DNA of 63,744 bases, counting the filler, from Octopus bimaculoides (Eukaryota): assembly GCF_001194135.2 (NCBI RefSeq). It is 7 parts of 6 records of this genome, joined end to end, with 100 filler letters (N's around TTAATTAATTAA, not from the genome) between each part and the next. Parts side by side here need not be neighbours in the genome. Positions count along the whole stretch, not along the records: positions 50,203 to 55,663 come from NC_068988.1; positions 55,764 to 62,178 come from NC_068994.1; 5 more parts are not named here. One strand, 5' to 3'. The position numbers were made by a program, and so were the translations under genes. The number at the start of each line of letters is the position of its first letter. The first letter of the stretch is position 1. Positions 50,103 through 61,834 of the stretch are shown in pieces. The notes beneath the pieces are model-generated. The model was not told the origin of the DNA. It ran no database searches and saw only the letters and a program-made list of their open reading frames with translations.

Positions 50103-50465
50103 NNNNNNNNNNNNNNNNNNNNNNNNNNNNNNNNNNNNNNNNNNNNTTAATTAATTAANNNNNNNNNNNNNNNNNNNNNNNNNNNNNNNNNNNNNNNNNN
50201 NNATCCTGTTAAAAACTTTTCCGGGAGTCAATAATAACATAATCCCTCTATAATTTCCGCAAAAGCTTAAATCACCTTTCTTTTTTTTTTTTGACAAACG
50301 ATGCTGGTGAGTGTGTGTCCCCGTAGCAGTTTGGCCAGTCCATATTGCTGATAGCTTTATTTGTTGCTAAGGATATGTGTGGTCGCGTTCTGTTATGGTG
50401 ATTGTGGATTATTTTCAAATTTTTATTTAGTATTTTCTTCCTAATGACTTCTTTACTGTTTTCAG

Positions 50466-50515
50466 TGTCTTAGTGTACCGCTCATTGTTCACTACAGCCA
50501 CGTTCCAGGAAATCA
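50466..50515 (+). CDS. Candidate 50-nt exon (VLVYRSLFTTATFQEI), possibly upstream in the lectin-GPI gene
   Basis: Branch-point-like CTAAT, pyrimidine tract and TTTTCAG acceptor; donor CA|GTGAGT. It ends in phase 1, compatible with 58784. An alternative acceptor at 50431 keeps the same frame open. Confidence 0.4.
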
Positions 50516-51147
50516 GTGAGTGACTCCCTTACCATCCTTTAAGCAGTTACCATGACAAATTCCCCACATTTACATNNNNNNNNNNNNNNNNNNNNNNNNN
50601 NNNNNNNNNNNNNNNNNNNNNNNNNNNNNNNNNNNNNNNNNNNNNNNNNNNNNNNNNNNNNNNNNNNNNNNNNNNNNNNNNNNNNNNNNNNNNNNNNNNN
50701 NNNNNNNNNNNNNNNNNNNNNNNNNNNNNNNNNNNNNNNNNNNNNNNNNNNNNNNNNNNNNNNNNNNNNNNNNNNNNNNNNNNNNNNNNNNNNNNNNNNN
50801 NNNNNNNNNNNNNNNNNNNNNNNNNNNNNNNNNNNNNNNNNNNNNNNNNNNNNNNNNNNNNNNNNNNNNNNNNNNNNNNNNNNNNNNNNNNNNNNNNNNN
50901 NNNNNNNNNNNNNNNNNNNNNNNNNNNNNNNNNNNNNNNNNNNNNNNNNNNNNNNNNNNNNNNNNNNNNNNNNNNNNNNNNNNNNNNNNNNNNNNNNNNN
51001 NNNNNNNNNNNNNNNNNNNNNNNNNNNNNNNNNNNNNNNNNNNNNNNNNNNNNNNNNNNNNNNNNNNNNNNNNNNNNNNNNNNNNNNNNNNNNNNNNNNN
51101 NNNNNNNNNNNNNNNNNNNNNNNNNNNNNNNNNNNNNNNNNNNNNNN

Positions 51148-52300
51148 CAACTTACTGTAAAAGAGGTAGTAATTTTACCTTGTACTTATTCTTAGTGCAA
51201 GTTTTGAAGAGTGCAGTTCGATTTGAACAGTTTGTTTTCAAAGCTATAATGGAAGTGACAAAGGAGCATATTGTGCATATTTTGCTTTTTGAGTTCAATA
51301 AAGGCAGCAATGCAATGGGAAATGCGAGGAATATTAATGCAGTATATGGGGATCGGACAATAAACGTAAGCCAGTATCAACGGTGGTTCCAGAAATTCTG
51401 AGCCGGAAACTACAGCCTAGAAGACGAGCTTCATCCTGGAAGATGTGTAAAGCTCGACGAGGACGTCCTGCAAACCCTGGTAGAACAAAATCTCATCGTA
51501 GCTGTTGAGGAACTTGCAGAGAAGCATGGATTTGGTCAGTCAACAATTCATCGACACCTGCGTGCCATCGGAAAATTTAGAAAAATGGGTCAATGGGTTC
51601 CTCATAAACTTTCCAAGTCTAATCTCGTGCAGAGAGTAAATGTGCACTCTTCTTTGGTGCCACGTCTCACGGATGAACCTTTTTTGACCGAATAGTGACT
51701 GGTGATGAGAAATGGGTTTTCTTTAAAAATGTCAAGCACCGAAGACAGTGGGTAGAGAAAGGAGCAACACCGGCATCCCAGGATAAATATCGTCGTCACT
51801 CACGTAAGGTACTGTTATCTGTTTGGTGAGATAGGAAAGGTTTAGTCAACTTTGAACTTTTAAACCCAAACAAAACGATAACAAATATCTAGTGCGAGCA
51901 GCTTGAGCGGCTTACGTCAACGCTAGAAGAAAAACGGCATCTTTGGTTTCAAGACGAAAGGCGTTCTTCCATGAGGATAATGCTAAGCCACATACAGCGA
52001 GGACAACATTCCAAAAGCTGGAGCAGTTTGAATGGGAAACGATGCCGCACCCATCATATTCACCGAACGTTGCCTCATTTGATTATCATTTATTCCGCAG
52101 TCTTCGAAATCATTTGGACGGAAAAATATGAATTCTGTAGGCGAGGTCAGGTCAGTACTAGAGGAGTAATTTTCGTCACGAACAAGTGAATTTTGGAAGA
52201 CAGATCTTGCAAATCTACCACATAGATGGAAGAGCATTGTAGAAAATATATTTTAGATAATAAAGAACTTTGTTTATCTTAATTTTGAAAACTAAAATAA
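51148..52300 (+). mobile_element. Near-complete mariner (DD34D) transposase pseudogene
   Basis: ATG at 51249 (MEVTKEHIVHILLFEF); WVPHKL, VTGDEKWV, FFHEDNAKPHTA, HPSYSPNVASFDYHLFRSL. Several stops and frameshifts; the left end lies in a gap. Confidence 0.92.
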
Positions 52301-52499
52301 ATATATACGTATATATAGCTGCCTTCGTTATTTTATAACTTTCACATTACTATTTTTCTGAATCATCCATTGTATCATACTGTACTGACAGTCAGGATTT
52401 GACCAAACCATTCAGTGACGGAGTGGTCATCACTGAGGAGCACTAATTTGAAGCGAAACTAGAATTCTAATATGATGATCTCGTTAGCTGTAGGGCGGT

Positions 52500-52589
52500 T
52501 AGTTCCCCTGTCTGTAGCTCCCCTGTCAGTAGCTCCCCTGTCAGTAGCTCCCCAGTCAGTAGCTCCCCCGTCAGTAGCTCCCCTGTTAG
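52500..52589. repeat. 15-bp minisatellite (TAGCTCCCCTGTCAG) x6
   Basis: Six consecutive units with 0-2 mismatches each. Confidence 0.95.
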
Positions 52590-52724
52590 ACTTGTGCATT
52601 TTTGCGGCTAGATAGTTTTTACCTCTTATTTCTAGCAATGTAGGTGATACCCAACACTGCCAGTCACAGACAATTGGCTTCTTCCTTTTTGGTTTCATAT
52701 TGCTCATAGCCGCCTTCGTTATAC

Positions 52725-52771
<47 letters not shown>

Positions 52772-52800
52772 CATATATACACGCACACACACACACACAC

Positions 52801-52850
<50 letters not shown>

Positions 52851-53014
52851 GTATATATGTATGTATACATGTATGAATATAATATACATACATATATGCA
52901 GGCATACGAAAATGTACATACATTCGTATATATTTTATATTAGTGTAGATGAAGGCATATATATATATATCTTTATCAATCTCTCTCTCTCACTCACTCT
53001 CTCTCTCTCACTCA

Positions 53015-53061
<47 letters not shown>

Positions 53062-54433
53062 NNNNNNNNNNNNNNNNNNNNNNNNNNNNNNNNNNNNNNN
53101 NNNNNNNNNNNNNNNNNNNNNNNNNNNNNNNNNNNNNNNNNNNNNNNNNNNNNNNNNNNNNNNNNNNNNNNNNNNNNNNNNNNNNNNNNNNNNNNNNNNN
53201 NNNNNNNNNNNNNNNNNNNNNNNNNNNNNNNNNNNNNNNNNNNNNNNNNNNNNNNNNTATATATATATATAGGTATGGATATAGATACAGACATATGCAC
53301 ATTGCAATTTGTAGTGGTATGCTCTGAAAATAACTTGCCTTGGATCTAATTCTGACTTCAAAAATGGTAATAAGAAATGATAAGGAACATTTGTTTGAAC
53401 TTACTTGCTTTTGTTCCCAACAGAAGCATTATTTTCTAAACGTATAGTAATTTTCTGCGTTTCCACTTAAGTGTAATGCAATTGACCTTTATGTCAATTT
53501 AAGAAAGATCTCAAGATTTAATTTTGTTGTAATTCTTTTTTTCTTTTTTTGCTGTTCGGAATCGTTTTAAGAAGATCTAAACATATGTTATTTAGCTGAA
53601 GAAGGATATCAGTATAGTACGTTCTAGTTACACAGAACATACTATACATGCAGAAGTCAAAGTGACCTTGTTGTCAATCAACTTTAACTCGTAGTGTTTC
53701 ACTCTACTTTTTCAAATTACGATTCGTTTCTGCTCTTACGCATTTGACATTAAAAGAGGAAATTAAATTCTTTAAGAATTCAACCAATATTTTTTTTCAC
53801 GTAAATTGGAACATTTGCTATAAGTAGAATGTTGGCGTAAAATGTGTATGTATGAATGTATATGTGTGCGTATGTGTGTATGTGTATGTTTGCATATGTA
53901 TGTGCATTTATGTATGTAGAACGTAGACAAATCCAAGGTAACTGTTTACTCTGAAGTATAATTTGAAGTGGGCTTAGTTGCCTACAGATAGGCATAATTT
54001 AGAATTAAGCAATAAAAAAAGAAGAGGTCTAAAACTATGCCTTTAAAACATGGCATACACATTAACAATGATTGGTACTACGAGTTTAGTGTGTGTTCCA
54101 CGGAATGAAAGAGGACAAATGGCTAGGACACAGCGAGGCCAATCTAACCAATGTCAGACTGGAGCAACAGTTTTAACAATTATGTGCGTGCGCTTGTGCG
54201 TGTGTGTGTGCGTATGTGTGCGTATATGCACACTCACACACAGATACACACATACAGGTGATGAAATTCTGATGAAGTGCCATTCTAATGTCTAAAACCG
54301 CAAATGTAACGTAAATTCCCATTTCAAAATTTTGAGTAAACTGGCGTTGCTAACAGACCTGGAACATAAAGAATTGTAACTGATCATTAAATATGAGTTA
54401 AAGTATTTCTTCGTTCCTTTATTTAGATTACAA

Positions 54434-54484
<51 letters not shown>

Positions 54485-54486
54485 CA

Positions 54487-54528
<42 letters not shown>

Positions 54529-55353
54529 TATATTTATACGTATTTCATCAGAATCATCTATATGATTTTTAAGTTACTTTCTCAACCCTGGCTGCAACAA
54601 TAACAACGGCAGTTACATAAGGAACAAGAGCAACAACAACAACAACAACAACAATAGTCTACAGGAACTATTGTTGCATGAGAACGACAAATTGCAGTTT
54701 CAGAAACGTTAGAATGATCGCCTTGTTCTCAGTCGAAGACTTTAGTAACAGAAAGGTGAGCAGAAAGCCCATCAAGAAATCAAGGAAAAAAGGATCAAGA
54801 ACTAAAGATCCGTTCCAGTACATGGTGTTGTGACAGTTTGGATGAAAAACAAACTGGAGAATAGAGACAATCTTTCAAGGATGGTCAAGAAAAGAATCAA
54901 AAAAGCAAATGGAAGGCTCGTAAGGTGTAAAAAGATAGACCTACCGCCAACAGAGTTATCCCGCCTTAAGGACGAGTTAGCAGTGTCAGGAGAAAAGTAT
55001 CTATGCTGGTTTGTTGCTGTAACTTAGTAGATTTAGTCAGCAGAACTTCAGTTGACAAATAGCATATACGAGAAGCTGTCAAACAATCAATGACTGAAAT
55101 TGAAAATTTCTTATGTTACCGATTTATGATTCAACTACTCTTTGAGAAAATAAGTAACTCAATTCGATGAAGTTCTTATACTTGTCAAACTTTTTATACG
55201 AATTGTAACAGTTGACTTTTTCAAATCCACAGTGTGCTATCTTGGGAAAATGTCATCCATCTAAAATAGTGAGTGAAATTTGGTTGGCTAAATATAAAAC
55301 GTTTAGGTATATCTATCTATCTATCTATCTGAATGTCTGTCTGTCTGTTTCTC

Positions 55354-55394
<41 letters not shown>

Positions 55395-55409
55395 GAATAG
55401 TAAATGAGT

Positions 55410-55662
55410 ATATGCATATATACGTACAGGTATGTGCATACCGACATCCACCTGTATGTATAGGTGCATATCTGGGTACAGGACATTGCAAACAAAATGT
55501 AGACGAGAAAACACACAAGCCACATAGAGAACATTCTACTTCATCAGCTACCCCCGTTTTAACACCGGCGTTTCGAAGAGCTGGGCAGGACGCATCGTTA
55601 AAACGGCTCTTCCCATGGACCGCAAATTAAATTTGTGTACACAAAATAAATCTTGCCATGGA
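55410..55662. repeat. Unclassified dispersed repeat; partial copy at 2115-2201
   Basis: Shared CATCYACMTGTRTRTA…TGCATATCWGGGTACAGGAC. Confidence 0.55.
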
Positions 55663-55763
55663 GNNNNNNNNNNNNNNNNNNNNNNNNNNNNNNNNNNNNN
55701 NNNNNNNTTAATTAATTAANNNNNNNNNNNNNNNNNNNNNNNNNNNNNNNNNNNNNNNNNNNN

Positions 55764-55895
55764 AGGGTTTAAAAAAGCTGAAGCACCGCTGCAATAAGTG
55801 TGAAACTGAGAGGGGAATATGCTGAATAAAATCATAATTAAGTGAGCCTCCTGTATTTTTTTACCCAAAGTCAGGAACTTTTCGAAACGCCCTCG
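55764..55895 (+). mobile_element. Mariner 3' end with right TIR
   Basis: GFKKLKHRCNKC (mariner C-terminal pattern) followed by GTCAGGAACTTTTCGAAACGCCCTCG|TA, whose reverse complement TACGAGGGCGTTTCGAAAAG is a mariner-type TIR. Confidence 0.7.
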
Positions 55896-56139
55896 TAAAT
55901 AAATACTATAGGTTTCAATGCATTAATTTGCCCGCCCCCCCCGGCTTAAATGTTGTTAAGGCATTACTGCCACTTAAGATGAACCACCGCGACTCGGTAG
56001 CGGTGGTTCAGGGCTGACGGTTTCCGACTCGTTCTCAAAGGCTTGATTACTTCGATGTAGAGCGGTGGATTTACATACTCTGTTCGTCAAAGTTGTGTCA
56101 TCACTCACGGCGCGCCTTTACGTTTTAGTTCTTTAGTCA

Positions 56140-56520
56140 TCGCTGCAGGAACCCAGGGTCCTTGTTGAGATTTTTCGCTCGAACTGAGACGCAGGAGTGT
56201 CGTGCTGGACACGACAGTAATCGTGGTTGCCTGCACTGTACTGAATAAACATGAGCCGATGACATGAGTATGCATTTAACGAGGACAAACTGGTGATTTT
56301 GTAGTTCGGTACGGTGGCAAGTCAAAGTTGGGAAGCGTTTGGGTCTGTGGAGCGAGGGTCCAGTTAAGATGCTTGGTGTTGTTTGTGCGTCAAACCTTTT
56401 GGTGTAGAGTGCTTGGGATGAGCTAGGTTACTAGCAGGGTGGCCAGCGTCACACAGAAATGGGCTGAAAGGAAGCTCAAACAGAATGCACGCGCTTTGAT
56501 GGCGGATTCAAACATCATTC
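56140..56520 (+). mobile_element. Degenerate L1/Tx1-like RT C-terminal fragment
   Basis: ADDM, LWSEGPVKMLGV and RVASVTQKWAERKL across frameshifts. Confidence 0.6.
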
Positions 56521-56579
56521 ATCATGGCCATATTTTGGCGTAAGACCATTAATTTCGGGGAAGAGCTAAGTCGATTACA

Positions 56580-56745
56580 TAGAACCCAGTGTTCAACTGG
56601 TACTTGTTATCGATCTCGAAAGGATGGAACACAAAATCGACCTCGGCGGAATTTTGAACTGAATTTGAAAGACGGACGATATGCTGCTTGCATTTTGCTC
56701 AACGTGATAACAATTTGGCCAGCCGGCTGCCTTGCCCATGTAATT
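56580..56745 (-). mobile_element. SINE family B copy
   Basis: CAACTGGTACTTGTTATCGATCTCGAAAGGATGGAACACAAAATCGACCTCGGCGGAATTTTGAACT…GACGGACGA…. Confidence 0.75.
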
Positions 56746-56759
56746 TATTACTGCCGCAA

Positions 56760-56831
<72 letters not shown>

Positions 56832-57285
56832 ATACAAGTAACCCGCATTGTTACTCCTCATCCATATCTCTCATATATATANNNNNNNNNNNNNNNNNNN
56901 NNNNNNNNNNNNNNNNNNNNNNNNNNNNNNNNNNNNNNNNNNNNNNNNNNNNNNNNNNNNNNNNNNNNNNNNNNNNNNNNNNNNNNNNNNNNNNNNNNNN
57001 NNNNNNNNNNNNNNNNNNNNNNNNNNNNNNNNNNNNNNNNNNNNNNNNNNNNNNNNNNNNNNNNNNNNNNNNNNNNNNNNNNNNNNNNNNNNNNNNNNNN
57101 NNNNNNNNNNNNNNNNNNNNNNNNNNNNNNNNNNNNNNNNNNNNNNNNNNNNNNNNNNNNNNNNNNNNNNNNNNNNNNNNNNNNNNNNNNNNNNNNNNNN
57201 NNNNNNNNNNNNNNNNNNNNNNNNNNNNNNNNNNNNNNNNNNNNNNNNNNNNNNNNNNNNNNNNNNNNNNNNNNNNNNNNNNNNN

Positions 57286-57314
<29 letters not shown>

Positions 57315-57318
<4 letters not shown>

Positions 57319-57530
57319 TTGTGTGCCTGTGTTTGTTCGCTCCACCATCGCTTGACAACCGGTATTGGTGTGTTTACGTCCCCGTAAATTAGCGATTCGG
57401 CAAAAGACAACCGATAGACTAAGTACTAGGCTTACAAAGAATAAAAGAATAAGCCCTGGGATCGATTTGCTCGACTAAAGGCGGTGCTCCAGCTTGGCCG
57501 CAGTCAAATGACTGAAACAAGTAAAAGAAT
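57315..57530 (+). mobile_element. SINE family A 3' half (head lost in the gap)
   Basis: CCACCATCGCTTGACAACCGG…GTACTAGGCTTACAAAGAATAA…GGCGGTGCTCCAGC…TGACTGAAACAAGTAAAAG. Confidence 0.9.
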
Positions 57531-57665
57531 AAAATAATACAAATGAAACGAAAATCAAAATGGATTTGAAGTTTCTTAACCGGGAGGTTCATCAAAATGC
57601 TTTAATGGAATTCGGAATTTAAGAATTTAGGACTGATATCCTAATTGCTACTTGACTAAAGAAAC

Positions 57666-57980
57666 TGGCGCTCCGTCGCTTACGACGACGAGTGTTCCAG
57701 TCGATCCGATCAACGGAACAGTCGGTTCGTGAAATTAACGTGCAAGTGGCTGAGCACTTCATAGATCCGTGTACATTTAATGTATTTCTCCAGGAGATTC
57801 AGCGTGACACAGAGCCTGGCCCTTTGAAATACAGGTACTACCCATTTTTGCCAGCTAAGTAGACTGGACTAATTCGAAGTGAAGTATCTTGCTCAAGGGC
57901 ACAACTTGTCGCTGGAAATCGTACTCACAACTTTACGATCGTGAGCCGAATAGCCTAACCACTAAGCCACATATCCTCAC
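57666..57980 (-). mobile_element. SINE family D (tRNA head, CORE-like segment, tail shared with family C)
   Basis: Minus strand has GTGGCTTAGTGGTTAGG (A box), GTGCCCTTGAGCAAGATACTT (CORE-like), and a tail aligning to 58066-58235. Confidence 0.8.
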
Positions 57981-58050
57981 CGCCACTTGACTAGATTAGA
58001 ATTAATTGTCGAATTCCACACTTTCTGACATTGTCGACGTTGTATATAGT

Positions 58051-58443
58051 GTTGTTGTTGTTGTTGGCACTCTGTCGCTTACGACGTCGAGGGTTCCAGC
58101 TGATCCGATCAACGAAACAGCCTGCTCGTGAAATTAACGTGCAAGTGGCTGAGCACTCCACAGACACGTGTACCCTTAACGTAGTTCTCGGGGAGATTCA
58201 GCGTGACACAGAGTGTGATAAGGCTGACCCTTTGAATTACAGGTACAACAGAAACAGGAAGAAGGAGTGAGAGAAAGTTGTGGTGAAGAGTACAGCAGGG
58301 TTCACCACCATCCCCTGCCGGAGCCTCGTGGAGCTTTTAGGTGTTTTCGCTCAATAAATACTCACAACGCCCGGTCTGGGAATCGAAACCGCGATCCTAT
58401 GACCGCGAGTCCGCTTCCCTAACCACTGGGCCATTGCGCCTCC
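58051..58443 (-). mobile_element. SINE family C, full length, with (CAA)n tail
   Basis: Head GGAGGCGCAATGGCCCAGTGGTTAGG…GGTTTCGATTCCC; ends …CGACAGAGTGCC(AAC)n. Resembles the described octopus OK/OR SINEs; the exact family name is unverified. Confidence 0.88.
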
Positions 58444-58529
58444 TGTATATAGTGTAAACATGTGGTATAAGCATTACTATCTTTCAAAATCCTGCTGCAT
58501 TTCACATGGAATTTTTGGTCCTCCAAAGT

Positions 58530-58611
58530 CGTCTTGGTGTATAAGTCGATCCACCATCTTTTGGCTGTAAATTTTAGTTTGAAAAATTCGACTTGTATGC
58601 TGGAAAATACG
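58530..58611 (+). mobile_element. pogo/Tc2-type right-end remnant
   Basis: Internal inverted pair GTATAAGTCGA…TCGACTTGTAT followed by GCTGGAAAATACG, resembling pogo-type TIR ends as recalled. Confidence 0.45.
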
Positions 58612-58783
58612 AAAGCTAATTGGTCTTTTATATTTGACAATTCCCAATTGTTCTGTTGACCATTCTTGAACTTTTGACTTTAAATGGGGGAAGCTGTGAT
58701 TATGCTTGCAAAGACGATAGATATTATTTATATTCATGTTTGGAATTATCTTTTGAAACCTCCGTCCTTCTTCTGTGATTCAG

Positions 58784-59011
58784 ATTGTGTCATACGTACT
58801 CGATCAGGGAGCAATCCTTATTTCGTCCTCACTTACCACCCTGCGACACCGGGCTTTCGTATAAAACTTGTTAGTCTATGGCAGCAGACATCCTACCACC
58901 CCTGCCGGCCTGGTTCCACTTTATTCTACAATGAAACGATGTGGTGGCTTGACAAAGGATGCGAGGGCAGGTTTCAAATTCTTGAATGCCCTTTACTTCC
59001 GATCGATTATG
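58784..59011 (+). CDS. Internal coding exon encoding an ADEL/DUF3011-like lectin domain
   Basis: Acceptor TCCTTCTTCTGTGATTCAG, donor ATG|GTAAGT, 228 nt, phase 1 to phase 1, no stop. It encodes xCVIRTRSGSNPYF…IKLVSLWQQTSYHPCRPGSTLFYNETMWWLDKGCEGRFQILECPLLPIDY, matching the recalled ADEL repeat pattern Q.S..PC..G.T…TMWVD.GC.A.F. Confidence 0.85.
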
Positions 59012-59042
59012 GTAAGTTTTTGGCTCTTTATATACATATAAA

Positions 59043-59204
59043 GACGCAGGAGTGGCTGTGTGGTAAGAAGCTTGCTTCTCAACCACATGGTTCTGGGTTC
59101 AGTCCCACTGTGTGGCACCTTAGGCAAGTGTCTTCTACTATAGCCTCGGGCCGACCAAAGCCTTGTGAGTGGATTTGGTAGACGGAAACTGAAAGAAGCC
59201 CGTC

Positions 59205-59258
<54 letters not shown>

Positions 59259-59468
59259 GTATGTATTTGTGTGTCTGTGTTTGTACCCCCACCATCGCTT
59301 GACAACCGATGTTGGTGTGTTTACATCCCCGTAACTTAGCGGCTCGACAAAAGACAACCGATAGAATAAGTACTTGGCTTACAAAGAATAAGTCCTGGGC
59401 TCGATTTGTTCGGCTAAAGGCGGTGCTCCAGCATGGCGGTAGTCAAAATGACTGAAACAAGTGAAAGA
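59043..59468 (+). mobile_element. SINE family A, full length, intronic
   Basis: Complete head-(TA)n-tail copy starting about 30 nt after the exon donor. Confidence 0.93.
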
Positions 59469-59477
59469 ATATATATA

Positions 59478-59608
59478 CAGGGTGTCCACAAAATCTGGGT
59501 ACATGGGGATTAACATACTTTAAGAAATTATTATTTCTTATATTCAATAGTTTATGTTATGATTTTATTTACTCCATGTACCCAGTCTTTGTATATGTGG
59601 GTACTCTG
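59478..59608. mobile_element. 131-bp Tc1/mariner-type MITE with TA flanks
   Basis: Left TA|CAGGGTGTCCACAAAATCTGGGTACATGG. Reverse complement of the right end is TA|CAGAGTACCCACATATACAAAGACTGGGTACATGG. Confidence 0.8.
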
Positions 59609-59739
59609 TATATAAATATGATCGAGGTGGCACGATTTTCCGAAAGAAGCTAGGAACTTTTGTTTCCATTGGTTTGGCAAATAGTTGATATTATTCTACA
59701 GTCGCAGCTCCTGATAGAAGCGTTAATGTTTTTCAGTGT

Positions 59740-59945
59740 CAGAGACGAGATTTGAACATAGATATCGCGAGGCATCATCCCGTCCGACGCTCTAAACAAT
59801 TCCGCATTATCCACCGCCCTGAACTGGTATTTTTGTTTTTATCGAGCTCGAAAGGATAGAAAGACAAAGTTGATCTTAACGTAATTCGAACCCAGACTGC
59901 AGAGAGTCAGAAAAAATATCGCGAGTCATTCTACTCAACACTTAA
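59740..59945 (-). mobile_element. Degenerate SINE family B fragments
   Basis: GAACTGGTATTTTTGTTTTTATCGAGCTCGAAAGGATAGAAAGACAAAGTTGATCT…TTCGAACCCAG. Confidence 0.6.
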
Positions 59946-60504
59946 ATTTATTTCATGAGGAGTCAAAATTTTCGTCGCACAGCTGCGACCTTTTCACTGA
60001 CATAACTGCAACTACTTGAAACACTGTTACCAGTCAATTCTGAATGAGTTAGTTTTTTTCTTTTCTTCTTTTTATTCTAGTTTGTTGAGCTTAGAGACGT
60101 GTGTTTGCTGTACTTACGTACACAGACTCTCATCCCATCGTATCAGTCACTAATCGGTTAGTCATTTTTAGTTTACACACACACATATTTGTATGTAAAT
60201 AAGTATATAGTTAAGTGTAGCCACATTTGTAAGTTTATATTAATGCTTTTTATGTTTATTACTATTGCTTTCGCTTTTAACATTTGACCATTCATCAAAA
60301 CACCACAAAGACCTCTAATGCCCCAACACATAATTTTTAAAAGTCTGTTCCCAGTCTTTGTACACTTTAAAGTATATAGCAGAAATTTCTAATTTCCAAG
60401 ACTTAAACCACAAAAGAAAAGTTTTGATATAATGTTTTGTACGGAAGGAAAATTTAATAGCACGATTTTGTGAGTTATGAAATGCGTCCTTGATGATGTA
60501 GCGT

Positions 60505-61100
60505 GTGTATGTATGTATGTATGTATGTATGTATGTATGTATGTATGTATGTACGCATGCATGTATGTATGTATGTATGTATGTATGTATGTATGTATGT
60601 ACGCATGCATGTATGTATGTATGTATGTATGTATGTATGTATGTATGTATGTATGTCATTATTCAGTTTATTTCAAGATTTCTTGCCAATAAAGAAAGAA
60701 CCGGTTTCTAACCTCGATCCAAGGGTCCTTCATTGAAATTTCAACATCAACAGCAGGGTATTTTTGTTTGTATGTATGTATGTATGTATGTATGTATGTA
60801 TGTATGTATGTATGTATGTATGTATGTATGTATGTATGTATGTCATTATTCAGTTTATTTCAAGATTTCTTGCCAATAAAGAAAGAACCGGTTTCTAACC
60901 TCGATCTAAGGGTCCTTCATTGAAATTTCAACATCAACAGCAGGGTATTTTTGTTTGTGTGTATGTATGTATGTATGTATGTATGTATGTATGTATGTAT
61001 GTATGTATGTGCAGATTTGTATGTTTTATGTTTGTATACTCATGCATATATTTGCATATCTAGATATGCTCATATATATTTAAATGATAAACGTCTGGAA
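60505..61100 (-). mobile_element. 3' UTR of the (CATA)n-tailed LINE, with the terminal ~110-bp unit tandemly duplicated between (TATG)n tracts
   Basis: Near-identical units at about 60655-60768 and 60843-60953. The 61008-61100 segment matches 11225-11290 on the opposite strand. Confidence 0.85.
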
Positions 61101-61834
61101 AGTTGTACATGTATGTATGTACGTACATTTATCATTTCATGTGGATCATTTGATCAAATCCAATTCAAAGCATGTACCACTTTTAGCCATGAACTCCCTA
61201 TAAAAATAGAGCAAGCTTCAAACACTAGTCAGAAGCAAGACAGCTGTGACACAAGCCACGTCTTATGTCTTTGGATAATGGAACAGAAAGTTTAACATCC
61301 AACATATATTCTTATTTTTATTCGTATATTTCCTTTTATACCTCCTGTATCTCTCCCTTTCCAAAATAACTCCTTATACAGAACTCTATCATTTTCTTCT
61401 ATTTAACTCTCTCATATCGTCTCTGATGAAATGGGATATCTTTATATCCACGAAACAGCTGTAAGACTATCTTTCTCTTTTATAAAATGTCCTAGAAATT
61501 TCACACTGCTTTGGCTTAGTTGTCTCATCTTTTTAAACATGTATGTGTATATGCATGTATGTATGTATGTATGTATGCATGTATGTATGTTTGTATGTAT
61601 GTATAAATCTTCTTTCTCTCTTAGTCTTTCCCTCTCTTTCTTTCTCTTTCTGTTACTAGTTTTAGCTAGAGGCAGTATTTAGTTTTGGTTTTCTTTATCG
61701 TTGCCTTTTTCCAACACTCGCCATAAACCCCACTGCCCACCTACTGTTTCTAAGCTTCGTCTCTTTAATATCATCCGTCTGTCGCTCAATTGGCAAATAT
61801 ATAAATAATCGTTATTATTGTATTTTTCCAACAG

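Noticed and set aside
54830-55027. 65-aa basic ORF
   Set aside because: No motif or splice support; probably a decayed repeat.
55530-55600. GAAAC and CTGATGA on the minus strand as a type II hammerhead
   Set aside because: The cleavage position would be G (not H), and the intervening sequence cannot form stem I.
57666-58235. CRISPR-like or segmental duplication reading of the repeated ~170 bp
   Set aside because: It is explained by two SINEs sharing a tail. There is no repeat-spacer periodicity anywhere in the window.
58345-58443. tRNA gene (also 27493-27587 and the family A heads)
   Set aside because: A and B boxes are present, but there is no complete cloverleaf or T-run terminator, and the sequence continues into a SINE body.
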